From: Bigelowiella natans CCMP2755
Lineage: Eukaryota > Protista > Cercozoa
Assembly: GCA_000320545.1 (NCBI GenBank)
Contig: ADNK01002886.1
Location: 1 to 33,843, forward strand
DNA: 33,843 nucleotides
Direction of reading: 5' to 3'
The translations under genes were made by a program, and so were the position numbers. The number at the start of each line of letters is the position of its first letter. Position 1 is the first letter of the stretch. A model generated the notes under the pieces. That model had not been told where the DNA came from. It did no database searches and saw only the letters and a list, made by a program, of their open reading frames with translations. Of the stretch, positions 1 to 11,754 are shown one piece after another.

Positions 1-13
1 TTAATTATCATAG

Positions 14-64
14 AAACTTGTGGGGTTACGATATGAGCCTTTGTTTGATTTCTTCAAAGACTGG

Positions 65-101
<37 letters not shown>

Positions 102-1221
102 TAATAATTGGATAGAATACGCACATCAGTAATTACCTTTATCACTGCTGATGATGAAGACGATGAAGAATATGTTGTTGCATCAGTTTATATCACTTGA
201 TACTATCTGTAGATTGTCTCCGCCTAAATATTTACTGCCCCACCCCCCACCCCCCTTTTCCCGCTTCTTCTACTTATCTCCATCAGGGGGCCAAGAACGA
301 CGCATTCCGTGTGGTAATTACTACTACTTCTCGTGGACATTCACAACTTTGTCTATTCTTCTTCTTCTTCTATGTGGTGTTTGTATGCGTGTGGAGGGGG
401 GTATTGAGATTGATGCTACAACTGCTGCTCTTTACGAGTTGAAATAATGACACATTGTCATTCCTTCCTTCTTGGCTCATATGTAATATCACTATCTACT
501 AGGTATCTGATGATTACGTGACAGACGATGGAGGTACTGGGATCGTCCATCAGGTATTAGTAGTAGCAAGTGTGATACATACTATTAATCAATCAATCAA
601 TTAGTCAATCATCAACCACAGAAGAACAACTGTTATTATCATCATCATGGAGGCACTGTAACATGTCGTCAAGTCAAATCAATAATACCAACAATCAATC
701 GATTGATTATGATAAAGGCCCCTGCGTTTGGTGAAGACGACTACCGAGTATGCATGAAATACAGCATCATCAAGAGAGGCGAGGTAATAATAGTGACAAT
801 AACAATGTAATGATAAATATTAATAATTATAATGATAATGGTAATATATGGAACTATGTAATGGTAGGTAATGGCATTTTCGTGAGAAGTACTGCATATT
901 CCCAGATATATACAATAAAACCTTGTTCAAATAGTAACTATTGACAACATTTACGCAGCTGCAGCAATGACATTTATTATTAATATTATTCGTGTGTTTC
1001 TGGCGCCACATCTTCATCACATCTCACCACCATATCCATCATCATCATCATCACTACCACCACCACCACCACCAGCAGCAGCAGCAATAAGTAGCATTAC
1101 ATTCCTCATCCTGCTCCTCCTCCTCCTCCTCCTCCTTACTATAATCACCATCATCATTGATTACTTCCTAATTGCTTCTTCGTATTTTCCTCCTCCTTCT
1201 TATCCACTACTACTACTACTT

Positions 1222-1255
<34 letters not shown>

Positions 1256-1756
1256 AGCCTCTGGTGTGTCCTGTGGATGATAATGGGATGTACACTGATG
1301 AGGTAGGTGATCGATCATTTATATAAGAATGTGGTTCATCTTAACAACAACAACAACATGATAAATGAATATGATAATGATTATAAATAGGTTGGTCCTG
1401 ATCTCAAGGGAAAACACGTCAAGTCCAAAGGTGTCAGTGTAGTAGTAATCATCATCGTCATCATCATCATCATCATCATCATCTTCGTCATCATCATGAT
1501 CATCATCATCACCAGGCCCTGAATCTGCTGATAGTATCATTTGCCGCAAGCTCAAAGATAAAGGACGTCTTATTTTGAAAGAGGTCAGAAAATACTTCTC
1601 CTACTACTACCACCAAATACTCTGTCTCTCTATTATTTTATATTCTCTCTTCTGCTACCACCACCACCACCACCACCAAATACTCTGACTCTGTATCATC
1701 TTTCATTCTTTCTTCTACTTTCCTGTGCACCCTCTTTTATTCTTTCTCTCGTCCTC

Positions 1757-1789
<33 letters not shown>

Positions 1790-2468
1790 CGATGCCGTTG
1801 CTATTCAATACTATTCGATGAATCGTTTTTTCCATCCCCTTCTTATTATTATTCTTCTTCTTCTTCTTCTTCTTCTTCTTCTTCTCTTCTTCTTCTTCTT
1901 CTCTTCTTCATTCGATGTTTTGTTTGATACGATTGTTTGGTGTTGTATATAAAGACGTTTGACCACCCGTATCCATTCTGTTGGCGGTCGGACACACCGC
2001 TCATTTATAGGGTGGGTTAACTTAGCTTAGCTATTATATTAGCAGCAGCTCATCAACTAAGCAATAAATCATCATCCAATGTGTATTACACCTGCCAACC
2101 AGAGCATATAGTAGGGATACTACTACAATTACAGTAGTAATAGTAACATGTGCATCGTCATCATTCCTTTTCTCTTCTTCTCTCACGCACCCTTCATCTT
2201 CATCTTCTTCTTCTTCTTCTTCTTACTACTTCTACTACTACTACTACTACTACATATAGGCTGTTCCTAGCTGGTTTGTCAACGTTCCTAAGATCAGAGA
2301 CGATTTGGTGATAACAATAACAACAACAACAACAAAATATGAAGCACATAACATTTATAATGTAGCGCATTGGAATCATCAGAAATTGAATTAGTAGCAG
2401 GTGTAGGCGTTATAATATGGTTGAGCACATTTAGACTATATACATAACCAATGATGACGGCTTTAATG

Positions 2469-2506
<38 letters not shown>

Positions 2507-4310
2507 CATCTCTCTCTCTCTTTCCCTTATACTCATGTGTAGGTTGATAACAACAAATCTACAAAATGGGTTCCAGAAGAAATCGGGGTATTATTACGTA
2601 ATTCAATATATGTTTATCTGTTTGAGTGTGTATGTGTGATGTTGTGATGCATTCACCATTATCATGAATCAAGGCGTTTACACCATGGTCAGTATGGTCA
2701 TCGTCATCGTTATTCTTACTATCGTTGTTGTTCAAACATCATTTCACACACCACCACGACGACTATGGCACACAGAGCAAAAGGTTTCATAACTGGTTGG
2801 CCAATGCACGTGACTGGGCTGTTTCCCGCAACCGCTACTGGGGCACTCCCATCCCTGTGTGGACATCGGAAGTAATACCACAACATTAATTTAGTTGTTT
2901 AATACAACAAACAATGTCTGGGGTTTTATGTGTTTGCTATTTTATACCCCCCTTCCTTTTGAAGTGTGTGCTGCTTTGAACGACGGAAAAAAGAGTGGGT
3001 GGTGTGGAATGATGAGAAATTATCCTATTTGATCTACGAGGAGGGGACTACTAATCTCTCGATGATTCTAGTCTTTCGCTCTGACCACACTACTCACCAC
3101 TTACACCGTTATTATCGTTCTCCTTTGCACTATACGGCTCTTATCATCAGTGTAGCTGATGTGGGGAGGAGGAGAGGGAAGGAGTATTAACGATGATGAT
3201 GATGATGATCATGATGATGATGATGATGAATCTTATCATATTGGTTGCTGTTTAGTTCTGAAGTGCTACGTGTGTTTGTGTGTATGTACTTGGGTTGTTG
3301 TTGTTGTTGTTGTTGTTGTTGTTATGTCTAGGATGGCAAACAAGTCGTTGTGATTGGGTCTATCAAGGAATTGGAAGAAAAATCAGGCAAAACTGGAATA
3401 ACCGATTTGCACAGGGACAACATCGACGGTGCAGTGCTGCCTATTTATCAACCAATAAAAATGATGATGATAATCATACTGACCACAACTCTTTCAATAT
3501 GAATGAAGAAGAAAAAGACAATGATGACGATGATGATGATGATGATGCGATAGCTTCCCTCCCCCTCCTTAATTGGATAGCTCTGCTTTCCCCTCCTTCT
3601 ATCATCACCCCTCATTACTCCTCACTTACATCTTTGCGAAGAATATCAAACAACAACGACAACTACTACCTAACTAGCACCCCTGCTACTACTTATATAT
3701 TGCCTACTGTTACTCCTCCTTCATTCCTCTGCTCTATTAATAGATATCACCATTCCTGATCCTAGAGGGGATAAGTTTCCTGCTCTCAAACGCACAAGTG
3801 AGGTTTTCGACTGCTGGTTTGAGTCTGGATCTATGCCGTATGGACAGTTGCACTACCCCTTTGAGAATAAGGAGAGGTGTGTTAGTAGAACCAACCCACC
3901 CCCCCACCCCTTTTGTGATTGCAATGCAAATAAAAGTAAGTTGCTGCAAGATTTGTATATTTGTGAATGTGTGGCGTCTGCCTGCGATTGTGAGTATGCT
4001 TTTTGCCCCTTCCAACTTGTTGTCAAACGGCCTGAATGATGGTGGTTGATGATGGTGGTTTTGGTTGTATCATGAACCAGATTCGAGAAGCAGCTGTTCC
4101 CTGCTGATTTCATCGCAGAAGGATTGGATCAAACGCGCGGATGGTTTTACACGCTCATGGTTGTGTTGTGTGTTGCGAAAAAGAAGAAGAAGAAGAAGAA
4201 GAAGAAGAATACAGAGCGAAGAAGAAGAGAAGTATAGGGTTGTGGTATTTACATTCTTGCTAAAGCCCTCCCCTCAGTATCCATCCTCCTTGTAGGAAAT
4301 AGTGATAATA

Positions 4311-4342
<32 letters not shown>

Positions 4343-4625
4343 GTATTGCTGATGCCGTCATTTCCTTATAATCTTACCGCTACTGCTACTGCTACTGATA
4401 CTATTAACCCATCTCTATTATCATCTTGTTGATGATTGTATCGCTGCTGGTGGTAGGTTATTTCCACAGCTCTATTTGGAAAGCCTGCATTCAAGAACGT
4501 CATTGTCAATGGCCTTGTTTTGGCCGCTGATGGCAAGAAAATGTCCAAGCGCTTGAAGAACTATCCTGATCCAAAGATCATCATCGACTCATACGGTGCA
4601 GATGCTCTTCGGTGGGTCAATATAT

Positions 4626-4675
<50 letters not shown>

Positions 4676-5981
4676 TAGTATGATCATGACAACAATGATT
4701 TGTCTAAAAGTTTCAATATGCCAATTTAACTGCTTGTTAGATATATTTTCAAATATATGCACATATAATTTATGATGAGTCTTTATTTCTTTTGCGCCGT
4801 GTCGTCAATGTTCCTTTGCTGCTGCTATAATATCAGGTTATATCTAATCAATTCACCGGTCGTCAGAGCGCAGGAGTTTCGATTCAAAGAGCCAGGGGTC
4901 AAAGATGTGGTAAAGGGTGTGATCCTCCCATGGTATCACGCAATGCGTTTTTTCATCGAAAATGCGCGCCGTTACGAAGCCGCAACCAGTACAAAATTCA
5001 AATACAACGGCGCCATATACGCGAAAACGGAGAGAAAAATGGACAAATGGATTCTACAGAGGCTGAACGACCTTGTCAAGACAGTGAGAGCCGAGATGGA
5101 GAAGTATCATCTTTATACCGTCATTCCTGCTTTGGTCTTGTTCATCGACGATTTGACCAACAAGTACGTCAGATTTAACAGGGATCGCATGAAAGCAGTC
5201 AACGGTGATCAAAATGACGCCTTGATGTCGCTCCAAACACTGCATTTCGTGTTGCTAAAGTTGTGCCGTCTCATGGCTCCATTCACACCTTTCCTCGTTG
5301 AGTACATGTACCAAACACTAAAGGCGGGGCTCCCACAAGAAGAGCAGGAAGATTCTGTTCACTTCCTAATGCTGCCAACGGTTGATGAGAGCACTGAGGG
5401 GGCAGATGCAGCCAACTACGCAATTAATTGTCTTGTTTCTGTCGTGGACCTTGGCCGCTCTATGCGGACAGATAAGTGTGATATTGGTTGGAAAACTCCT
5501 TTGAGGAAGGCTACAATCGTGCATGAGCACAAAAAATTCACTGAAGCGGCAAAGGGCCTTGTAACGTACATCGCTGACCAATTGAATGCTCGAGACATTG
5601 AGTTTTCAAACGACATCAAGAAATATGCCAAGTACGAGGTTCTCCCTATCCGCAAGGTTTTGGGAAAACGCCTTGGTAGAAAAATGCCTAAGGTCTACAA
5701 TGCATTGACGAGCCTTGATACGGAGGCAGTGGTCAAGTTTAAGACCGAAGGGAAGGTGCAAATCGAGGACGAGGAAATCAAATTAGAGGATGTGAATCTG
5801 AGCGTTAAGGTGAAGGAGTTTGAAGAGGGCAAGAAGCTTCTTGGCCAAACCGATGGTTCAGTAATTGTGGTTTTGGACTTGGAGATGAACGATGACTTGT
5901 TGGCCGAAGGAAAGGCTAGGGATGTCATCCAGGCAGTGCAAGGGTGGTGTGAAAGGGCACACGCACACACACATCCACACA

Positions 5982-6039
<58 letters not shown>

Positions 6040-6119
6040 TAAAATATAATTGGGCAAAGACAATTAGAGTAGCGCCTAAAAGATGAAACACAATGCATAC
6101 GATTGGGATTTGCTTATAT

Positions 6120-6188
<69 letters not shown>

Positions 6189-6774
6189 TACAGACTACGA
6201 AAAGAGGCAAAATTGAGCCCTCTTGACCGTGTTGATATCTACTTTAAAGTCATCAGTGATCCAGAGGTAGTATGTATGATTGTTACTGCGTAGACTGCGC
6301 GATTTGTTGGAAGTTTTCTTTTAACTGATGGAGGGCATGCAATGGAGATTTCATCATTGTTATTAGCCGTTGATTCTTTCCCATCGTTGTCTCCATATTT
6401 ACTGGACATGCAAATGGACTAATTTGAGATCATTTCTTCCAAACCAACAGGGCATTTCATTACCCCTCGCGAAAGTAATGGCTGAAAAAACAGACGTCTT
6501 CAAAGTCCGTCTTGGTGCAATCCCGCTGGTAATTGTTTGTTTCGTCGAAAGTTGTTGTAGGAAATATATTTTCACACAATCATTTCTCAAATTCCTGATG
6601 ATGTGTAACACTTCGTTTAGAGATTTTAAAGTGGTAGTTTGAACTCATTATACCTAATTTCTTGATCAATAGGCCCTCAGCGAAATGCCGAAGGATGCTA
6701 CAAAAATCAAAGAAGTGACTGTTGACGTTGGAAAAAGCAAAATTCAGATTGTCATAGTGCGTAAAAAGAATTAA
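14..6774 (+). CDS. IARS1: Isoleucyl-tRNA synthetase, eukaryotic cytosolic type; multi-exon, 5' part lies upstream of the window
   Basis: Manual splicing at GT..AG gives one continuous frame. Exons: 14-64 ([17 protein letters not shown]), 287-313, 503-553 ([14 protein letters not shown]), 718-783 ([12 protein letters not shown]), 1258-1302, 1391-1430, 1516-1583, 1955-2011 ([16 protein letters not shown]), 2260-2307, 2543-2587, 2776-2871 ([17 protein letters not shown]), 3332-3428, 3744-3876 ([11 protein letters not shown]), 4081-4159 ([14 protein letters not shown]), 4457-4611 (KMSKR, class I KMSKS motif), 4837-5943, 6194-6266, 6451-6528, 6673-6774 (TAA). Confidence 0.97.
65..6190. repeat. Intronic microsatellites in the IleRS gene: (TAG)n, (CAT/GAT)n, (TAC)n, (CTT)n, (TA)n, (CA)n, (GA)n
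   Basis: Directly visible, e.g. (GTA)n 65-100, (CTA)n 1207-1255, (GAT)n 1757-1790, (TA)n ~4630-4671, (CA)n(GA)n ~5960-6032. Confidence 0.95.
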
Positions 6775-6889
6775 GATATATCTCTGCATATAATTTCTAG
6801 ATACTATGCAAATACGAGGTACATTGGTTGGAGGAAATGTAATGCTATGATTTGTTATTTTGTTACGGAACTAACATATATACTATACA

Positions 6890-9551
6890 CCTAGTTCTAG
6901 AGTTGTGGACGCATGTCTAGCTACTTGCTGCTGCACAAATGCATACACACATTTTGATGCATTTAGTGCAGGAAATTAGCACATCGTAGCGATTCCAGCA
7001 AGCATGCAACACATCTAGACTTTGATCGGATTCGTTCACTTGGTTGTTGTTGGGCAAATAATCGACTAGCAGCAAGCAAATAAAAGTTGCGGCTAGAACT
7101 GTTATTGCAAAGTTGAACTGCACATGAACGTACCACACAGGCTAGCAGGCGCACGCTGATCATCTAGACCATGACCATGCGCAACAAAATAGCACAGTCC
7201 GTCATGCTAGCATGCAGTGGAGATCGGTCGACAATGCTAGAATGGCAAACGCCTGCAGCGCTAGAGCGTTCCGCTAGCTAGCTAGTCATCTAGGTGTGTC
7301 TAGTGTGTGTGCGCGCAATCTCATATTTCAAGATTTTAGGATCATCATTTGTGGTGTTTAGCTTCCCCTTTGCCGTCATCTAATGATCACTGATGAGCGT
7401 GTGCATGTGATCTAGACGGCAATGATGCATGTGCACGTCGCGCGTTTGACTCGGAAACACGCCATGCCAGCGGTCTGCCATGGCGGTGCGTGTGGTGCAG
7501 TTTCGATTCGTGCATGCCATCACATTCTAGCATGCCGCTGCATTGATGCATGCTAGCATGTGTGGCAAACATGTTGTGCATACTAACATGCGCGGAAACG
7601 AGACACAATTTGGAGAAAAGAATGGCAGGGCACAAATCTCACACGGCTAAATGGAAAATGAGGCCCTCGCTAGCTAGCTAGCTCTAGTAGCTAGCTCGTC
7701 GCCGCTACACAACTCATTGTTTGATGGAGGCAGGACGAATGTCAGATCGAGTCGGGCTAGTCTAGCAGGCACAAATTGATCTGCTTCGCTCCATCTGAGC
7801 ATGCACAAGTATGCGCATGCATGGCTGTTGCAAGCGAATCGAACCAGCAGACAACTAGACATCATGTGAATTGAGATTCGCCGCCGCATCTGTCTAGGCA
7901 ATGCATGCTCGACGAATGCAGGAATATGATGCAATGCTAGAATGATCGGCCGGCCTGAATCAGAGCATTCCAGCATTGCCAAGATTGAAGAGAAGTGCGA
8001 TGACGGATGACACGACCGACTTCATCATTTCATTGCGCACGTTGCTGTAGCTAGGCACACAAGTGCAGGCTCAGTTCATGAAACCTAATGTAGATGGAGC
8101 CTCCGAACGCCTCGCTGGAGTGCGGCCACCGAGACAATGGACGATGATGAGATGAAACTCAACATGAATGGAGCGGTAGATCACTAGGCACGTCGAACCC
8201 TTCGTCAATCACATGACTTGCATGGAGTCTCTTTTTTTTTCCAAGTCTTTCACTTGAATCCAACGAGAACGAATGACGGCGCTTGCTTGGGTGAAAAAAC
8301 AAAGGATCTAACATCAGCTTGCAATTAAGATTTTCTTGTCTTTTTTCTTCCATGATCTCTTCCTGTTCCATCAAAACTTGTAGAAGTATCTCAATTTTTT
8401 TTTCTTGTTTTTTTTGGTTTTCAATCATCTTCTCGATCTGCCTCTGTTGCTCATTTTGACGTTTCATCATTGATTCGTGATGATTATGACGCTCAAGATC
8501 CTTCTCTTCAATTGTTGTCTCGAATTTTTGGCGTTGGCATTGAAGTTTATTTTTGATGATATCTTCTTCAGGTTCTAGCATTTGTTCCTTTACCTCCTCT
8601 TTTTCTTTGAGGACAAAACTGCTACCAACTTTTTCCCGATCCTCCTTGAAGCCGTTGTTGCTTCTGTTTGGTTCTTGTGTTTGATTTGCTTCTTGTTGAT
8701 GAATGATTTGACAGTTGGTTTCTTGGGAAGGAGAACAAGACGCAGCGTGATTTTCTTTGACGCTCTTGAGATTGAGTTTAGCGATCGAGACAGAAAGCTG
8801 TGTTTCCCATGAACATGTGCATTTGTGCAAGGTGTCAAAGTTAGCAAACAAGAACTTGAGTGTGAATCTAAGTTCATCTAAGGTTTTACTTTCTTTTGGT
8901 AGACATCTTTCTTCACTTTCTCATTTTCTTTCGTGCTACAGGCCCCCATGGCGGGATTGGAGTGGCTAGGTTGTACGTGATTTGATTTGTGGTGAAGCCG
9001 CTGTGAACGTCAGTTAGCCCAGCATCCACACCAACACATTGAATTGCCAGAAAATGCCTTGGATCTGCCCCTTGCGACATCGCCAACTTGAGTCGCAATG
9101 CCCTGAACAACTTGCATGTGATGACAAGGGTGACAAGATGTCAGGAAGAAAGGAAGGAAGGATGAATCTTGCGGGAAAGTCTTCCATCCTCGGTGGAAAG
9201 CCAGATTTGAGGAAAATATCTTGTCGAGTCGCAGATCATGATTTGTCTAAATTTTGATGAATTTTCATGGTGGAATGTCAGGAACATTGTCGCCTCCATG
9301 CGACTGCTGTCGCAATGACGTTTGCTTGCAGGCCCTGCATGTGAATCCTTGCTGCACAGCTTGTTTCCGATGTGGTTCTTGCGCATGTGGTTCTGCGTCA
9401 ATGCGCTCAATTCAATCTGATGCTACTCCGAAGTGGTGCTCACGCCTTGCAGACTGGCAATGCAAATTCAAATGTCAAAGTTCGTGATTGAGGAAGTTGC
9501 TGCTCGTGCGTTTGAGCCAAGCTAGCATGCCCGTCACCAATGAGCTGGCTC
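6890..9551. other. TpA-depleted (hypermutated) island 1, left part
   Basis: Hand count: 5 TA dinucleotides in 9001-9551. Surviving TA are mostly CTAG, CTA or TAG; TGCA and CATG are abundant; CG is retained. TA-rich sequence (CATATATACTATAC) stops at ~6888. Confidence 0.85.
8159..9551 (-). pseudogene. Relic gene of unknown family, 3' portion, with a coiled-coil-like Q/E/K-rich C-terminus; interrupted by the LTR element
   Basis: The 230-aa ORF 8159-8851 has no Tyr. ORFs 9141-9410 and 8913-9110 share a frame separated by one TGA. No family motif recognised. Confidence 0.5.
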
Positions 9552-9877
9552 TGTAGCGCGTACCACTACGCGGGCACAAGTCACGTGCGACAACAAAGGG
9601 GTTGTCGCGGATATAGAATATAGATAACGTAGATATTAATACAGCATAGGCACGTGGGTTCCGGCGGGACTCATGGCAGCACACCGGAAGTGTGCTGCCC
9701 CACGTGCGGCGGCATTCGCGAAAGCTTCGCGAATGATTACGCAGTGCACGATTTAATAAAAATATAATCTTTAATAAAAATAAACACAACTCTTCAAAAG
9801 GAAGCAAACGTGCCTTTCCCCCCCCCTGCCTACTTGTGCACGTAGCGCCTCGGCCTGTGAACACCTTACGCGCAACA
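9552..9877 (+). repeat. 5' LTR (326 bp)
   Basis: Starts TGTAGCGCGTA and ends TACGCGCAACA (10/11 terminal inverted repeat); no difference from the 3' LTR seen by eye; contains AATAAA motifs at ~9755-9784. Confidence 0.97.
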
Positions 9878-9882
9878 ACCTT

Positions 9883-9900
9883 TGGCTTCCACACACGGGA
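9883..9900 (+). promoter_or_regulatory. Putative primer-binding site (tRNA-Glu/Asp-like 3' end)
   Basis: TGGCTTCCACACACGGGA begins 5 nt after the LTR; TGG is the complement of the tRNA CCA end. The tRNA identity is an inference from remembered Glu/Asp acceptor stems. Confidence 0.6.
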
Positions 9901-9916
9901 AACGATTTGACTAACA

Positions 9917-11068
9917 ATGTCACAGCAGCTAGAAGAACAGCAGGACTTTGGCTCGCAGGCCGTGCAAGGGCACGAGCAGAAACAGGAAAGGAAGGGCGAT
10001 ACGGACGCTAAGGAAGGAGGAGGAACACCTCCACAGGCACCGCCGGGACCAGCACCCGGGATTAAGAAAGCAGATGCAGCAGCAGAGGCACTGGAGAACT
10101 TCTACGAGGCGGACGACGAGGACGTGGCCGCCGAAAGCAAGAAGGTCGTAATGGCATTACGAGCCTTGCGACCCAGGGCGAGCAACTACGCCAAACTGAA
10201 AGTATCGATAGAATACAAGTATCAGACACATGATGTTTGGGCAGCTATCATGCAGGACATCATGGATTACGAAGCAGACTTACCTCCAGAGTGGGCAGCT
10301 TTGTTTAGGAACGACGGGGGTCTGGGCGCCTCGCGGGGGACGACCCAGAGCACCGTCAAGCAGCAGCAGCCGGTACAGCGGAACACCCAGTTCATGTCTG
10401 TTAAAACAGCACCGGTTATGATAACGAAATACAACGGGAAAAGAGGTGAGGCAAGGAGGTGGTGGAAGAACGCTAGGAGTATACTCTGCGACTTTACCCC
10501 TAACCCCACCGAAAACGACAAGCTCAAATGGCTAGCTATAATAAAGCAAGCCATGGACCTTTACGAGACAGGCAGGACCCGGATCAGGCAGCTAGAGAAA
10601 ATACACACTACAGTTAGTGGGCTACGAGACGTTGAGGCGATAATGAAGGCTTTTGTAAATGAACAGGATGCTAACTCCCTACCCCAGGCTATTAGAAAAT
10701 ACAGAGCAATGATGCAGCATGAGAGAGAACCTGTTAGAGACTTTGCCACGCGCTTCCAGGATATGATCGACGAACTACATGATTTTAATTACAACACAGG
10801 TGATGATCAGGCAAGGTTTGAAGAGTTCAAGTTAAAGATAAAGGAATCCACTTACGTTACGGAGAAAGGCTACACCACGATGGAGGCAGCAGTGCAGGCT
10901 ATATCCCTACGCGAGCAGGAGCAGGACCGCAAGTTTACCAGCCCTAAGGTACCTGGCATAGGAAACATTAACGCTATTAAGCCGCAGCGAGACTGGTACA
11001 AGGACAGGGAAGTGGCACTTCGTCGTATTCCCTTACGGCCTAAGCATATCAGGGGATGCGTTCAGTAG
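9917..11068 (+). CDS. gag: Gag (N-terminal part); runs out of frame at ~11012 into the inserted RT copy
   Basis: 383-aa ORF starting just after the PBS, with capsid-like motifs KYNGKRGEARRWW and MMQHEREPVRDFATRF. Confidence 0.85.
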   Translation: MSQQLEEQQDFGSQAVQGHEQKQERKGDTDAKEGGGTPPQAPPGPAPGIKKADAAAEALENFYEADDEDVAAESKKVVMALRALRPRASNYAKLKVSIEYKYQTHDVWAAIMQDIMDYEADLPPEWAALFRNDGGLGASRGTTQSTVKQQQPVQRNTQFMSVKTAPVMITKYNGKRGEARRWWKNARSILCDFTPNPTENDKLKWLAIIKQAMDLYETGRTRIRQLEKIHTTVSGLRDVEAIMKAFVNEQDANSLPQAIRKYRAMMQHEREPVRDFATRFQDMIDELHDFNYNTGDDQARFEEFKLKIKESTYVTEKGYTTMEAAVQAISLREQEQDRKFTSPKVPGIGNINAIKPQRDWYKDREVALRRIPLRPKHIRGCVQ

Positions 11069-11754
11069 TCAGAACTACAGGGCATACACACATGATGGGA
11101 TGGCGTCTGTGTTGTGGGTGTTTGTGTTTGTGTATGTGGATGATGACATAATATGTACCAACACAGTCGTCGCTCAGATCTTCCTCCTGGAAAATATATT
11201 TATTAGGTTTGCACACTTCGGTTTTACTATTAGACTGCAGAAGTGTACATTCCTAGCTACAAGAATCAAGTGGTGTGGATATTACCTGGAGCAAGGCCGC
11301 ATCACCCCAAACCCCGAGAAAGTAGCAGCACTACAGCAAGCCCCTAAACCTAAGAATGCAAAGGAGTTAAAGTCATTCTTGCAGACTGCAGCTTGGATAC
11401 TACGTAGGTTCTCCCCTACCTACGCTAGGACTGCAGCTGCTTTTACTACTGCTTACCGGAAGGAGAACTCTGTAGGCCTCAGCTTCGCTAAGGTGTGGGC
11501 CAAGGCTGGCCTTGATGCCCACTTCGATAACCTAATAAAGTTATGCAGCAACACCCTATTGAATGCTAAGCTAGACACTACTAGACCAGCTACCCTATGG
11601 ACAGACTGGTCTAAGCTAGGTATGGAGGCAGCAGTGCAGGCTATATCCCTACGCGAGCAGGAGCAGGACCGCAAGTTTACCAGCCCTAAGGTACCTGGCA
11701 TAGGAAACATTAACGCTATTAAGCCGCAGCGAGACTGGTACAAGGACAGGGAAG
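11013..11754 (+). repeat. 742-bp internal insertion: copy of RT/RNaseH segment (~13203-13812) followed by a second copy of gag 10880-11012
   Basis: 11011 AGTGGCACTTCGTCG matches 13201; 11622 ATGGAGGCAGCAGTG matches 10880. Junction microhomologies are GGAAG and ATGG. Confidence 0.93.

Noticed and set aside
151-4300. Many short ORFs with poly-L, poly-D, poly-V or poly-P tracts
   Set aside because: They are translations of intronic microsatellites in the IleRS gene; the real exons splice into a different continuous frame.
6890-9551. CpG methylation decay or fungal-type RIP as the cause of the TG/CA excess
   Set aside because: CG dinucleotides remain common and TA is lost, whereas RIP would increase TA and CpG decay would not remove it.
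9475-9894. Minus-strand 139-aa and 155-aa ORFs (also 15634-16101) sharing identical sequence
   Set aside because: They are antisense read-throughs of the two LTRs with different starts and ends and no recognisable motifs.
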